A DNA stretch of 40,794 nt, from positions 1 through 40,794 of IMG/VR virus record IMGVR_UViG_3300012943_000045. One strand, 5' to 3'. The stretch's first letter is position 1; each line of letters opens with the position of its first letter. A program made the position numbers and the translations under genes. Positions 24,449 through 33,846 of this stretch are shown here, piece after piece. The stretch comes from a virus (taxonomy: Duplodnaviria > Caudoviricetes). The notes under the pieces were generated by a model. The model did no database searches. It saw only the letters and a list, made by a program, of their open reading frames with translations, and was not told where the DNA came from.

Positions 24449-25071
24449 AAACACCGATAGAAGATCTCATCACGCAGGCCCGCAATTCGTCCGACGCCCT
24501 GCGGCACGCACCGTTCAGGATAGACCGCGAGACCTTCGCAGACGGGGTTGACGCGCTTGCGGATGCTCTCGCTGTTCAGGCCGCCCGCATCACCGAGCTA
24601 GAGGCCGAGCAGCCGCCCTGTGACGGTGGATGCAGCTATGGAGACGGCCCCGAAGAGACGTGCTCTCTCCATGGTCGCAAGGTATCTGAGGTGTGGGAGA
24701 TTGCTTCCTCGGTAGGTGCCGAGCGGGACGGGTACGCCGCCGTGATCGAGGAGATTCGGGCCGCAATAACTACCGACGAGGAGATATCTGGGGCTGCCGA
24801 CTGTGCAAGTGGAGCACCGGAACGACTGCGAGCGCTGACACATCGGTCACTGAATCGCATTGAGCGCATCCTCGATTCAGTCGATACCTCCACCGCTGTT
24901 CAGGCGATCCGAGACAGGGCGTTCGAGGAAGCGGCGGTTTTGGCCGAGAGTCGGGCCGGAGGGCAGCCGATCAACTCTGATGATCGACTCGATTGGGGCG
25001 AATGGCGAGCGTTGCGACAGTTTGCCGCTGCTATCCGTTCACAGCAGGGAGGGAAAACCAATGGCAACTGA
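24445..25071 (+). CDS. Hypothetical mosaic protein
   Basis: GTGA overlap; CDGGC..GPEETCSLHGR module within coiled coils. Confidence 0.65.
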   Translation: MKTPIEDLITQARNSSDALRHAPFRIDRETFADGVDALADALAVQAARITELEAEQPPCDGGCSYGDGPEETCSLHGRKVSEVWEIASSVGAERDGYAAVIEEIRAAITTDEEISGAADCASGAPERLRALTHRSLNRIERILDSVDTSTAVQAIRDRAFEEAAVLAESRAGGQPINSDDRLDWGEWRALRQFAAAIRSQQGGKTNGN

Positions 25072-25543
25072 GCAGGATGTCACCCAAATCGCAATCGCTA
25101 AGGCTATAGCGACGATCGCCCATAGCAGGCAGGTCGATAAGGCCGGTGAGCTGTACATCGGGCATCCGCAACGAGTCGTGGCCCGACTAGGGGCAGCGGC
25201 AAGCCCAGAAACGATTGCGACTGCATGGTTGCACGACGTTCTTGAGGACACCGACATCACCCGCGATGACCTGCGCGCGGCGGGCATCACTTGGAGGGTC
25301 ATCCACTGGGTGGAATTGCTTACTCGCCAAGACGGTCAAAGTCCGGAGGACTACTATGAAGCACTCAAGAACGGACCGGTGGGAGCGTGGAGAGTGAAGT
25401 TGGCCGATATCGAAGACAACACCGACCCGAGCCGCCTTGCACTGTTGGATGACGAGACTATCGTGCGACTCACCCGAAAGTACGCGAAAGCACGACTGCT
25501 ACTTGGGGCTGTAACCGAAGGGGCGGGGGATAGCCATGGATAA
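25061..25543 (+). CDS. HD-domain hydrolase, RelA/SpoT small alarmone hydrolase-like
   Basis: AH..Q.DK.G..YI.HP..V, AWLHDVLEDT, VELLT, VKLADIEDN. Confidence 0.88.
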   Translation: MATEQDVTQIAIAKAIATIAHSRQVDKAGELYIGHPQRVVARLGAAASPETIATAWLHDVLEDTDITRDDLRAAGITWRVIHWVELLTRQDGQSPEDYYEALKNGPVGAWRVKLADIEDNTDPSRLALLDDETIVRLTRKYAKARLLLGAVTEGAGDSHG

Positions 25544-25844
25544 TCTTGATGCGCGCTTACCAGATATGCGAAAGCGGGAGGCGCTAATTGTTCACATCGA
25601 GGGGTTGCAGTCAGTCCTGAGGCAGCGTAACGAGCAGATCGAGCGTTTACGCTGGCAACTTGCAGAAGGCGGTGAATCCCCCGCCGTCCAGGCGGCAGTT
25701 AAGAAAGCATTCAAGAGCGGCTGGAAGGAATGTGCCCAACGTCTCGCCGCTGCAACAGCTGGCGCTGCTCGCGAACTTACTTCCATCAACGGGGCGGCCT
25801 GGGAGGAGTATCACGCGGCGGAGAGGGAGGGGATTGATGTCTGA
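25536..25844 (+). CDS. Hypothetical coiled-coil protein
   Basis: RBS GGGGGA; overlaps neighbours. Confidence 0.65.
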   Translation: MDNLDARLPDMRKREALIVHIEGLQSVLRQRNEQIERLRWQLAEGGESPAVQAAVKKAFKSGWKECAQRLAAATAGAARELTSINGAAWEEYHAAEREGIDV

Positions 25845-26040
25845 GCAGTGGGAAATGTTTTTGCTGCTCGCCGCGTATTTCGGGTTGCTTGTCGTGTCTG
25901 TTGCAGCGTTTTGGAGTTTTGTTTGGGTGATTTCACGTGGAGAATCTCAAGATGAGGCAAGTCGAGAGCTGCCCGAAGTCCCGCTATGCCGATACACGCT
26001 GCCACCTGTTGATCCTGATCGCAGTGATGTGCAGTCATAG
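25837..26040 (+). CDS. Small membrane protein (1 TM)
   Basis: GGAGG RBS; hydrophobic N-terminal half. Confidence 0.6.
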   Translation: MSEQWEMFLLLAAYFGLLVVSVAAFWSFVWVISRGESQDEASRELPEVPLCRYTLPPVDPDRSDVQS

Positions 26041-26114
26041 ATACATCGACGTGACAATTTATGGGGTACGCGGTAGGCTGTGTACACAATGTGAAGACTT
26101 TAGAAAGGAGAACA

Positions 26115-26651
26115 GTGGGAGCGCCAAGGAAAGTTAACCCGGCCCAGCAGGGAAAGCTGGATACGCTGGCCGCTATTTCGGCGGAAGAGCGGGTGTTCAG
26201 GGATAATGCTCAGGCTGAGTTTCAGGTAATGCTGCGCGAAAAGGCGCGCGAGTTCGATATTCGCAAGGCTCAGATCATTCACGAGCTCAGGGCTTCGAGC
26301 GCAAACATTCGTCCGGTACCGCACCAGGCCATTCAGAAAGCGGCTAACGCGGTCAACTGGAATCGCTATACGGAGCTCATGTCCACTGCTCTCCCAGCTG
26401 GTCCGGTTGAGCCTGTGGATGTGCCAGAGTTCGTGGTAAATGTTGACGGCACTCTGACCGTGAACTGGTGGAATAGCCCAGAGGATCGTCGCATTGACTG
26501 GCAGATGACGGGCAAGTGGTTTGCGGACCCCGACACGCTGACGACGGGCGTTAGCATGGATGAGCCCGAATGGGATGCGGCAGTACGCGAGCCCTGGTTC
26601 GCTAATAATGTTGCGCCACGTATTCTTGAGGCGATTGAGGGGATGTCATGA
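26115..26651 (+). CDS. Hypothetical protein
   Basis: GAAAGGAG RBS before GTG. Confidence 0.7.
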   Translation: MGAPRKVNPAQQGKLDTLAAISAEERVFRDNAQAEFQVMLREKAREFDIRKAQIIHELRASSANIRPVPHQAIQKAANAVNWNRYTELMSTALPAGPVEPVDVPEFVVNVDGTLTVNWWNSPEDRRIDWQMTGKWFADPDTLTTGVSMDEPEWDAAVREPWFANNVAPRILEAIEGMS

Positions 26652-26907
26652 AATTGCTTTGTAGCGCGTTAACCACACTTGTCGGGGTGGCCATCATTGT
26701 TGCCGCACAATCTGAGCTTGTTGAGTCGGAGGTGATGGCAATATTCCTGGCCTGCGTTGGGGGTGGCGTCACGGGGTCTGGTCTTTGGTGGGTAGTTTTC
26801 GGGGGGCATGGTCGAGATTAACCCACTGCTCAAACAATTAACATGTGATGACGAGTGCTGCAAAAGGCGCGATTTGGTGGCAGATTTTCTAGATAAGGAG
26901 GGTAGGC

Positions 26908-27105
26908 GTGAATGAACAGGAGCACGCGCCTTACGAGGTTGTCTTTGAGCCGATGACCAGCGAAGGTGTTATCCTTGGGAATGCTGATCCTGCCTACCGG
27001 GAGATTATGTGCGGCTGCACCGAGGAGCTGCGATTCCGGTGGGCGGACCATCTAGCACTTGCAGACAGGGAGGGCCTGGATGAGTGGGAAGACATTCTTC
27101 GATAG
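26908..27105 (+). CDS. Hypothetical protein
   Basis: AAGGAGG RBS. Confidence 0.6.
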   Translation: MNEQEHAPYEVVFEPMTSEGVILGNADPAYREIMCGCTEELRFRWADHLALADREGLDEWEDILR

Positions 27106-27385
27106 CATCGGTGCGCCCTACAGGCTCCAGTCTGGTTCGATTCGAACGGTAGCTCCGGTTGACGTTGGCGAGTTCGCTCCAGCAACCAGGAAGCAAGTCG
27201 GCGCGGGGTTTGATGCGAAGAGTGTTCTACTTTCCCGCCATTCGCAGATTATGCAAATCGTCCATCATTTACGCACCGGGGGTTTTGCGGGGGTTGCGCA
27301 GTGCTCTAGTGCCTGGGAGACTGGCGAGCCGATTGAGGTTACCGTGGACCAGGACACGGGTGGCTGGCTGGTTGCTGAGCTTTAG
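27080..27385 (+). CDS. Hypothetical protein
   Basis: GGAGG RBS; ends before the terminator. Confidence 0.55.
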   Translation: MSGKTFFDSIGAPYRLQSGSIRTVAPVDVGEFAPATRKQVGAGFDAKSVLLSRHSQIMQIVHHLRTGGFAGVAQCSSAWETGEPIEVTVDQDTGGWLVAEL

Positions 27386-27393
27386 CTCAAAAG

Positions 27394-27429
27394 AAAAAGC
27401 AAGTCTCTTTCGGGGAGGCTTGCTTTTTT
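27394..27429 (+). terminator. Intrinsic terminator
   Basis: AAAAAGCAAGTCTCT-TTCG-GGGAGGCTTGCTTTTTT. Confidence 0.8.
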
Positions 27430-27476
27430 GTTTCTGCGCCACTAGGGTTGAAGCACCGGAAAAGAAGGAGGAGACA

Positions 27477-27707
27477 ATGAACGAGAAAATGGAGCAGGTC
27501 TACAGCGACCTCTACCGACTGACTGATTCTATCTACGTGGCTACGGGTGAGTGGTTCGATTTCACGCCGGTCCTCGTGGACGACGAACCGCCGATGGTTG
27601 AGGTGACTAGCGCGGATGAGCATCGGATCGGCTTCAAGGAGGTTGTCCCTAGCGTGGACGCTGCCTACAGGTGGGCTGATGAGTTCATTGAGCGGGTGCG
27701 CTCATGA
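27477..27707 (+). CDS. Hypothetical acidic protein
   Basis: AGGAGGAG RBS. Confidence 0.7.
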   Translation: MNEKMEQVYSDLYRLTDSIYVATGEWFDFTPVLVDDEPPMVEVTSADEHRIGFKEVVPSVDAAYRWADEFIERVRS

Positions 27708-27833
27708 CTCGCGAAGAGGTTCTGCTGAACACTGGCAGGCACGTTGTTGACACGGCCACTGGAGAGCGTGGAGAGCTGTGTGGGCTGTGGGGTCAGTACG
27801 CCCAGGTGATTCAGTCTGCGGGCGCTCTGCGGC

Positions 27834-28070
27834 TTGTTGAGATTGAAGGGCTGGAGCTTGACGTTGAGTAGGCCGAAAGAGTTGTTCTGGGTTGAGATGA
27901 AGCTGAGTGGGAGTAAGATTCCGTATCGCCTCAATTCTTCTGGAGTTCGCGGTGGCAAGCGAAGTAGCTTACGGGCATGCCTGGAGTCACGCGAGCAAAT
28001 ACTTCGCGCTGATCCGAACGCTACAGTGCGGATTTACAAATCAACGGTTCACTGGGAGGAGGTAGTTTGA
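27834..28070 (+). CDS. Hypothetical protein
   Basis: Overlaps the helicase start; exact start uncertain. Confidence 0.5.
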   Translation: MLRLKGWSLTLSRPKELFWVEMKLSGSKIPYRLNSSGVRGGKRSSLRACLESREQILRADPNATVRIYKSTVHWEEVV

Positions 28071-29524
28071 CCAGGCTCACTCCGCATGACTACCAGGAGG
28101 AGGCTCTTGAGCTTATGCTTGCAGAGCCGACCAGGGCGTGTCTGCTGGCCTCGGACATGGGGCGTGGCAAGACGCTCATGGCCGTGGAGTTCGCGCTCAG
28201 AATCAAGGCAGAACTTGTTTTAGTAGTTGGCGTGAAAGACACTTGGGGGCAGTTCAATGAACGCTTTCTTGCGCAGTCCGGGGGGACTGTGGGCGTGAAG
28301 AACATAAACAGCACCGCCAGCGGCAAGAGGGCCGAGGCGGACTTGCTGTGGGGAATTCCAGGAGTGTACTTCATCGGGGCGCAGCTTCTGACGCGAAAAG
28401 ACTGGGCGAACGAGAAGAAGATTCGTGACGGAAAAGAAGTTTCTGTTGGTCGTCGCCTAAAGACTTTCGACAACCTTGAACTTGACTTGGTGATCGCAGA
28501 TGAGGTTCACCTGTACGGAGCGCCGACAAGTCGTGGTCGTAAGACGCTGATGGGCCTCAATCCGAAGTATCGTGTAGCAATGAGCGGCACGTTCTACGGC
28601 AACAAGTTCCAGAACGCGTGGGCACCAACAGCTTGGCTCTGGCCGGACATTGTGGACCAGAACTTCTACTCATGGAAGGCCCGCTGGTGTCTAGAGGAGG
28701 CGGTTCTGACGCGTCGCGGCACTGAGCTCAAGAAGACCCTCAAGAGCGGCGAGCAGGTGGTTATCAAAGAACTCAAGGGCGAGATTCCGCCAGAGGGTCG
28801 CTACGTCGCAAGCCTGCCGCTGTACATTCGGCACGAGGATGACATGGAGCTTCCCGAGCCGCGCATTGTCGAGGTGGATTTGCTGCCCGAACAACGGCGC
28901 ATGTACTCCGAGCTGGAAGATAACCTTCTGACGTGGATCAAAGGCCACCCGTTCGCGGTGGAGTTCCCAAGTACGCTTGCGGGGCGGTTGAGGACGGCAA
29001 GCCTGGGCTCGTTCTCTCTCGACCCGGAGACGGACGAGATTACGTTCGATGAAGACATGGTGAGTAGTAAGCTTGACGCACTGCTGGCCGAGATTGAGCG
29101 TGCAGGTGGTGAGCGACAGGTGATTGGCACGCACTCGAAGCGATACGCTCGTGAGGTTGCACGAAGGATGCAGGGCGCTGGGTTACGCGCAGTCGTCTGG
29201 ACTGGCGACACGTCCACGAAGAAGCGCTCCGACATCAAGCAGATGTGGCTGGATGGTGACATTGATTTCATCGTGACCGTCATGAAGTCTTTCAGCACTG
29301 GCCTCGACTGGGCCAAGGACGGTTGCAATCGGATGACCGTGCTCTCACGCCCCGTGGGTGACGGCGTGACCTTCGATCAGTGGATCAAGCGTGTTTTCCG
29401 TCCCGGTGGAGACCGTGAGAAGTTTGAGTGGACCGAGATTATTGCGCGTGACACCTACGACACTGGAGACTTTGCCAGCGCTGAGCTTGCAGCGGCCGTT
29501 AGGCGGCGGAGTATGGGTGCTTAG
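28067..29524 (+). CDS. Superfamily 2 (SNF2/DEAD-like) DNA helicase
   Basis: PHDYQ, DMGRGKT, IADEVH, AMSGT, SSKLD, STGLD, QWIKRVFRPG. Confidence 0.9.
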   Translation: MTRLTPHDYQEEALELMLAEPTRACLLASDMGRGKTLMAVEFALRIKAELVLVVGVKDTWGQFNERFLAQSGGTVGVKNINSTASGKRAEADLLWGIPGVYFIGAQLLTRKDWANEKKIRDGKEVSVGRRLKTFDNLELDLVIADEVHLYGAPTSRGRKTLMGLNPKYRVAMSGTFYGNKFQNAWAPTAWLWPDIVDQNFYSWKARWCLEEAVLTRRGTELKKTLKSGEQVVIKELKGEIPPEGRYVASLPLYIRHEDDMELPEPRIVEVDLLPEQRRMYSELEDNLLTWIKGHPFAVEFPSTLAGRLRTASLGSFSLDPETDEITFDEDMVSSKLDALLAEIERAGGERQVIGTHSKRYAREVARRMQGAGLRAVVWTGDTSTKKRSDIKQMWLDGDIDFIVTVMKSFSTGLDWAKDGCNRMTVLSRPVGDGVTFDQWIKRVFRPGGDREKFEWTEIIARDTYDTGDFASAELAAAVRRRSMGA

Positions 29525-29525
29525 C

Positions 29526-29554
29526 TTGACTTTGAAGGGTGCGGGGCGTAGTAT
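29526..29554 (+). promoter_or_regulatory. SigA-like promoter
   Basis: TTGACT-N17-TAGTAT. Confidence 0.7.
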
Positions 29555-29587
29555 TTTGGTAATGGTTTTTCTGGGAGGGAGCTTTTT

Positions 29588-30064
29588 ATGAGCGAGATTG
29601 ACATTGACGAGACGACAGGACTTCCGCGCCTGCCCGAGGACCACTTTTGGAGGATCAGGGAGCGCGGATATCACAGTTACCCGGAATCATGGGGTGACCA
29701 GGGATGGGTTGGGCAGGTCTCCGTTTACGCAACAGAGGGTCCAGGCATCTGGTCCGAGTGGCGCAACAAGGTGACCAAGGGCCAGGACTACAACACGGAT
29801 TACGAATATCGCGAGGTGGTGACACGTAAGAGTATTTTGTCGACTTTTCGCGTGAAGAACACTATCAAGCAGGAAAGAAGTAGACCCTCGGGGAGGGATC
29901 GGTTCGTATTCTCCTCCGCTGAGTGGCAGGACGAGAGGAATACAGTTTCTGCTAAAAACCTCGTCAATCGCTGCCAGGAGGTACTTCATGCATGGAATGA
30001 GAGCATCGAGCGTAATAAGATTTACGGGGACTACCCGCCGAAGCGTTTGGGCGATGATGATTAG
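29588..30064 (+). CDS. Hypothetical protein
   Basis: GGAGGGAG RBS; LPRLPEDHFWRI...GDYPPKRL. Confidence 0.75.
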   Translation: MSEIDIDETTGLPRLPEDHFWRIRERGYHSYPESWGDQGWVGQVSVYATEGPGIWSEWRNKVTKGQDYNTDYEYREVVTRKSILSTFRVKNTIKQERSRPSGRDRFVFSSAEWQDERNTVSAKNLVNRCQEVLHAWNESIERNKIYGDYPPKRLGDDD

Positions 30065-30248
30065 CACGCGAAGGGCGCGTCAGATCAGGCGTGGGATTGT
30101 AATGGCCCGCATAATGGCTGAAAGTGCACCAGAGTGGGTAAAGCCGACCCTATGGCATTATTTGGACATGTACCGCAAGTGGGTTCCCCTGTCGTCGCGC
30201 CAAGCATACGACCGTGAAGCGGTAAACATTATCAAGGAAAGGCTTTAG
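30054..30248 (+). CDS. Hypothetical protein
   Basis: ATG overlapping the previous gene's end. Confidence 0.5.
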   Translation: MMISTRRARQIRRGIVMARIMAESAPEWVKPTLWHYLDMYRKWVPLSSRQAYDREAVNIIKERL

Positions 30249-30349
30249 ACAATGGCACCAGAAGATGTGGCGGCAGAAATCGTGCGCGGCATGGTCGCAC
30301 CCGTAACTTATCGAGATGTGCTGGACTACGACTGGTACGAGGACAGCGA

Positions 30350-30892
30350 GTGACAGCAAATAAGGGCGGTCGCCCCACCAATAAGCAACTCCAGGAACGT
30401 GCAGACCACCTGGACCGCGCAGCGCGGTACTCCGAACAGGAAGCCAAACGTGCCAACCGTATCCAGATAGACACACGGATTATGCAGTTCGCGTGGCTCG
30501 TGGGGGTTGGAATCGCATTCGCCACCAGCGCTGTAATCAGCTTCAACGGAATTGCAGCCGTAGCCCCACTAGTCGGTATCCCCGACTGGATGAGCAACCT
30601 ATTCTTCTTCTTTGTGGAGTTCATGTATGTACTGTTCCTTATCGCATACTTGAACCTGGAGTCGCGTGGGGAGATGAACCTACGTGGGCCACTCATTGGG
30701 ATGTGGTTTTTTGCCGGAGTGGCAATCGTGTCTAACGGCTACCATACGGTCAAGTTTCACGACTGGGACTGGACGAGTCCTGACCTGTGGTGGGGACTCG
30801 TCCTGAGTGTGAGCGCACCTATCGCTATCGTCAGTATCACCAAGCTGATGTCGCGAGTAGTTTTCGCAAAGGCAGTGACAATGAATGAGTAG
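30350..30892 (+). CDS. 4-TM membrane protein (DUF2637-like)
   Basis: AFATSAVISF, N..H and AP motifs across four hydrophobic helices. Confidence 0.65.
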   Translation: MTANKGGRPTNKQLQERADHLDRAARYSEQEAKRANRIQIDTRIMQFAWLVGVGIAFATSAVISFNGIAAVAPLVGIPDWMSNLFFFFVEFMYVLFLIAYLNLESRGEMNLRGPLIGMWFFAGVAIVSNGYHTVKFHDWDWTSPDLWWGLVLSVSAPIAIVSITKLMSRVVFAKAVTMNE

Positions 30893-31535
30893 GGAGCACA
30901 AGATCGGAAGTGAGTGCCGACTCGGGCACATCCTGACCGCAGAGAACACTGAATGGTACGAACTCAAGCGGGGCCGGGCGCTTAGGTGTTTAGAGTGCTC
31001 TAGGCTCTGCCGCAGTGGAAAACACGTCATGGAGGGCGAGAATGTTCGCTCCTACGCTGGCAAGACGTGGAAGCGTTGTGCTGCCTGTGAAAATGATAGG
31101 TCTAAGGCTAGAGTTCATGTCAAGCGGGACAGAAGTCACATCAAGAGTAGGCCTAAGAGCCCAGAGCAGCTAAAGCAATACCAGGCAGCAGAAATTAGCC
31201 TAGGCTGGCGCAATGCTAAGATTGTCGAGAAAGTCGACGCTAGGGGGAATATGGCTGGGCCGATTCGGTACGAGTACTTGTCGCCAAAGGGTGCCTCACT
31301 TGAGGCGCTGAACAAGCTCAACGAGGCAATGGAAGAGATTAGAACACCGTGTTTTGACGATCCAAAAGAGTATATGGATTGGGATGAGGATAGCCCACCG
31401 TCAAACCGCAGGGCGCAGGATCTGTGCTTCGGGTGCCCGGTGGCCAAGCTGTGTGAGGACTACGGGCGCAAGTCTCGTGACCGTGGAGTCTGGGGTGGCG
31501 TGGTCATTCTGGATAATGGCAAGATTCAAAGATAG
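30885..31535 (+). CDS. WhiB-family regulator with two N-terminal Zn-finger-like repeats
   Basis: C-terminal PC...AQDLCFGCPVAKLC...GVWGG; N-terminal 2x C..G(K)H....EN...RC..C. Confidence 0.82.
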   Translation: MSREHKIGSECRLGHILTAENTEWYELKRGRALRCLECSRLCRSGKHVMEGENVRSYAGKTWKRCAACENDRSKARVHVKRDRSHIKSRPKSPEQLKQYQAAEISLGWRNAKIVEKVDARGNMAGPIRYEYLSPKGASLEALNKLNEAMEEIRTPCFDDPKEYMDWDEDSPPSNRRAQDLCFGCPVAKLCEDYGRKSRDRGVWGGVVILDNGKIQR

Positions 31536-31544
31536 GGAGAGATT

Positions 31545-32264
31545 ATGACTGAGAATAAGACTGAGAAGCTGATCTACAAGAAGATTATTGCTGTACTCAA
31601 GGATGTTGGGGCGGTGGCGAAGAGCGAGAAGAACGTTGAGCAGAAGTTCAATTATCGAGGCATCGATGCGGTAGTGAACGCGGTGAATCCGGTACTCAAG
31701 AAGCACGAAGTGTTTATTGCGCACAATGTTCTTCGACACGAGACTGAGCGATACGAGAACGCGAACAAGAAGATTGTCACTGATGCCCAGGTTGAGATTG
31801 AATACACCTGGTACGCGGAAGACGGCTCTAGCCTGTCGAATACGGCAGTCGGTGAAGCTCGTGACTTTGCGGATAAGGCTACAGCTAAGGCGATGTCGGT
31901 GGCGTTCCGAACACACCTGCTCCAGCTACTTGCCCTTCCCACGGACGAGCGTGACCCAGACTCAGAGTCGCTGGAGGTTACCGTGGGTGATAACGGACGT
32001 GCCAAGCCAGGAAGCAAGCCAGCTCAGGCGACACAAGCCGCAACAGCGCCCACCGGACCCAGCCTGGGAGACTTCCAGGCAACGATTCGTCAGATCATCA
32101 GCAACGACGAGGTGGTGAACGAGAAAACTGGTGCGGTTGTAGACACCTCGAAGATCACGGCTCTCAAGCTGAACGAGATGGGAACCAAGCTTGTGCCGGA
32201 GGGTGTTGACTACAAGCGTGACGCCAATGCTCTCCAGAAGCTGATCGAGGAGATTCTTGGCTAA
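31545..32264 (+). CDS. ERF-family ssDNA annealing protein
   Basis: K..KN..QKFNYRGIDAV, GEARDFADKATAKAMSVA, LPTDERDPD. Confidence 0.88.
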   Translation: MTENKTEKLIYKKIIAVLKDVGAVAKSEKNVEQKFNYRGIDAVVNAVNPVLKKHEVFIAHNVLRHETERYENANKKIVTDAQVEIEYTWYAEDGSSLSNTAVGEARDFADKATAKAMSVAFRTHLLQLLALPTDERDPDSESLEVTVGDNGRAKPGSKPAQATQAATAPTGPSLGDFQATIRQIISNDEVVNEKTGAVVDTSKITALKLNEMGTKLVPEGVDYKRDANALQKLIEEILG

Positions 32265-33051
32265 GCCAGAGTTAGCCCAGTACTACTCCGAGAAGCAGGA
32301 TGACGGCAGGGCATACAAGCACCCGCTAACGGGCGAGACCGTGCCCTCTGTCACCACCGTGCTTAAGATGGCAGACAAGTCAGGGCTGGCCCAGTGGGCA
32401 GCGGACAAGGCGGTTGAGTGGTGTGTGCTGAACTGGCACCTACTCGGGTCACGCTCTGATGAGGATGCCTACCGCGCGGCGCGTTGGCAGTGGAAGAAGG
32501 TTCGGGACGAGCGTGCGCAAGTTGGCACGGGGGTCCATGAGGCCATCGAGGACGAGCATTCCGACACGTTCAATATGCCGGAACTAGACGAAGAGCAGGA
32601 GCGCATTATGCTCCAGTGGGAACAACTCAAACTAGAGCACGAGATTGTTCCCGTGATGTCAGAGATGACCGTCTGGGAGCCTGGGCTGTATGCTGGCACG
32701 AGTGACGGTCTGTGGTGGATTGACGGGGTGCTCACGCTGGTTGATATCAAGACCAGCAAGAACATCTGGCCGGAACACTTCGCACAATTGGCTGCACTGC
32801 TTTTTGCGAGCAAGCTCATGGTCAAGGACTCCAAGACAGGTGCGTGGTCAGAGGAGGATCGCCCCGACCCGTCACAGGCTGCTATCATTCACCTGCGTGA
32901 GGACAAGCACGAGATTATCATTGTGGAAGATCTGGACTTGCATTACGATAAGTTCATGGGGTACCATCAAGTGTGGACAGCCACACAGGCAGTAAAGTCA
33001 AGAGAAAAAGCCAGACTGGCTGAGGGAAAACAGGAGGATGGTAAGCAGTGA
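32257..33051 (+). CDS. PD-(D/E)XK (Cas4-like) exonuclease
   Basis: VPSVTTVL, GTGVHEAIE, YAGTSD, LVDIKTS, QLAA. Confidence 0.88.
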   Translation: MAKPELAQYYSEKQDDGRAYKHPLTGETVPSVTTVLKMADKSGLAQWAADKAVEWCVLNWHLLGSRSDEDAYRAARWQWKKVRDERAQVGTGVHEAIEDEHSDTFNMPELDEEQERIMLQWEQLKLEHEIVPVMSEMTVWEPGLYAGTSDGLWWIDGVLTLVDIKTSKNIWPEHFAQLAALLFASKLMVKDSKTGAWSEEDRPDPSQAAIIHLREDKHEIIIVEDLDLHYDKFMGYHQVWTATQAVKSREKARLAEGKQEDGKQ

Positions 33052-33254
33052 GCAGGCTTAAAAGTAGACACGATCTAGTGGCAATCGCAGAGGATATTTT
33101 GTCCGATTACCTCTACGACAACGACATCGAGTACAGTACCGTTTATGAAAGCGAGCGGGCTGCGGGCCTCACGGAAGACGATCAACTTGAGGTCCACAGG
33201 CTGGTGAACTCAGCTAGTATTAGTTTTGTAATTGGGAACAAGGAGGATAAGTAA
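33048..33254 (+). CDS. Hypothetical acidic protein
   Basis: GGAGG RBS; GTGA overlap. Confidence 0.65.
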   Translation: MSRLKSRHDLVAIAEDILSDYLYDNDIEYSTVYESERAAGLTEDDQLEVHRLVNSASISFVIGNKEDK

Positions 33255-33255
33255 T

Positions 33256-33579
33256 ATGGCGTACATCAACATTCGAGGTGCGGTTGTCGAGCGCGAGTTC
33301 AGCGGCGGCAAGGGTTTTGCCATCGCAGAGAAGTTTGAGGACCGTGAGGGTAACCAGCGCTCCAAGCCTTTCACTGTATGGTTCGACGAGCCGCGAGAGC
33401 TTCCGGTGGGTACGGTTGCTGATTTCAGCGGACTCTACTCCGATAAGATCGAGAAGTTTAAGAACGATAAGGGTGAAGATGTTCACGTAATCCGTCGCAG
33501 CATCAACAGCGTGAAGGTTGACAACGAGGTTGCTCCAGGCGGAGCATCTGCTGGCGGGGAAGCGGAGACGCCTTGGTAG
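33256..33579 (+). CDS. Single-stranded DNA-binding protein (OB fold)
   Basis: AGGAGG RBS; FTVWF, G....FSG pattern; flexible tail ending ETPW; follows ERF and exonuclease. Confidence 0.75.
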   Translation: MAYINIRGAVVEREFSGGKGFAIAEKFEDREGNQRSKPFTVWFDEPRELPVGTVADFSGLYSDKIEKFKNDKGEDVHVIRRSINSVKVDNEVAPGGASAGGEAETPW

Positions 33580-33774
33580 CCTAGAGACTTGCAAGTAGCC
33601 CCTAGGTGGTCCACTTTTTCCACGTAGGGTATGCCTCGCAATCCGAAGTCCATCGGGGCAAGAAAACGGACACATTGCTGGGCGTCGTCCTGCGGGATTG
33701 GCGCAGTCGGTAGCATCGCTGGTGCGCTACCTCCTTTTACACCCCGAGGCTCTAGACAACTTGGGCAGCCAGCA

Positions 33775-33846
33775 CCCTGCCACGACCGGCGTCAAGTTTG
33801 AATAGGCGTAGGTGCGGTTCTAGCGGTTCAATTCCGGTGGCAGGGA
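33775..33846 (+). ncRNA. tRNA-like element lacking a D arm
   Basis: CCCUGCCAC/GUGGCAGGG acceptor-like stem, A discriminator, CGG-UUCAAUU-CCG T arm, one irregular central hairpin. Confidence 0.55.

Noticed and set aside
27676-27684. CTGATGAG hammerhead-like core
   Set aside because: Inside a coding region with no matching stems or GAAA; the same applies near 24977.
33705-33775. HDV-like or theta ribozyme next to the tRNA mimic
   Set aside because: No room for P3/L3 within the P1 loop; the nested double pseudoknot could not be built.
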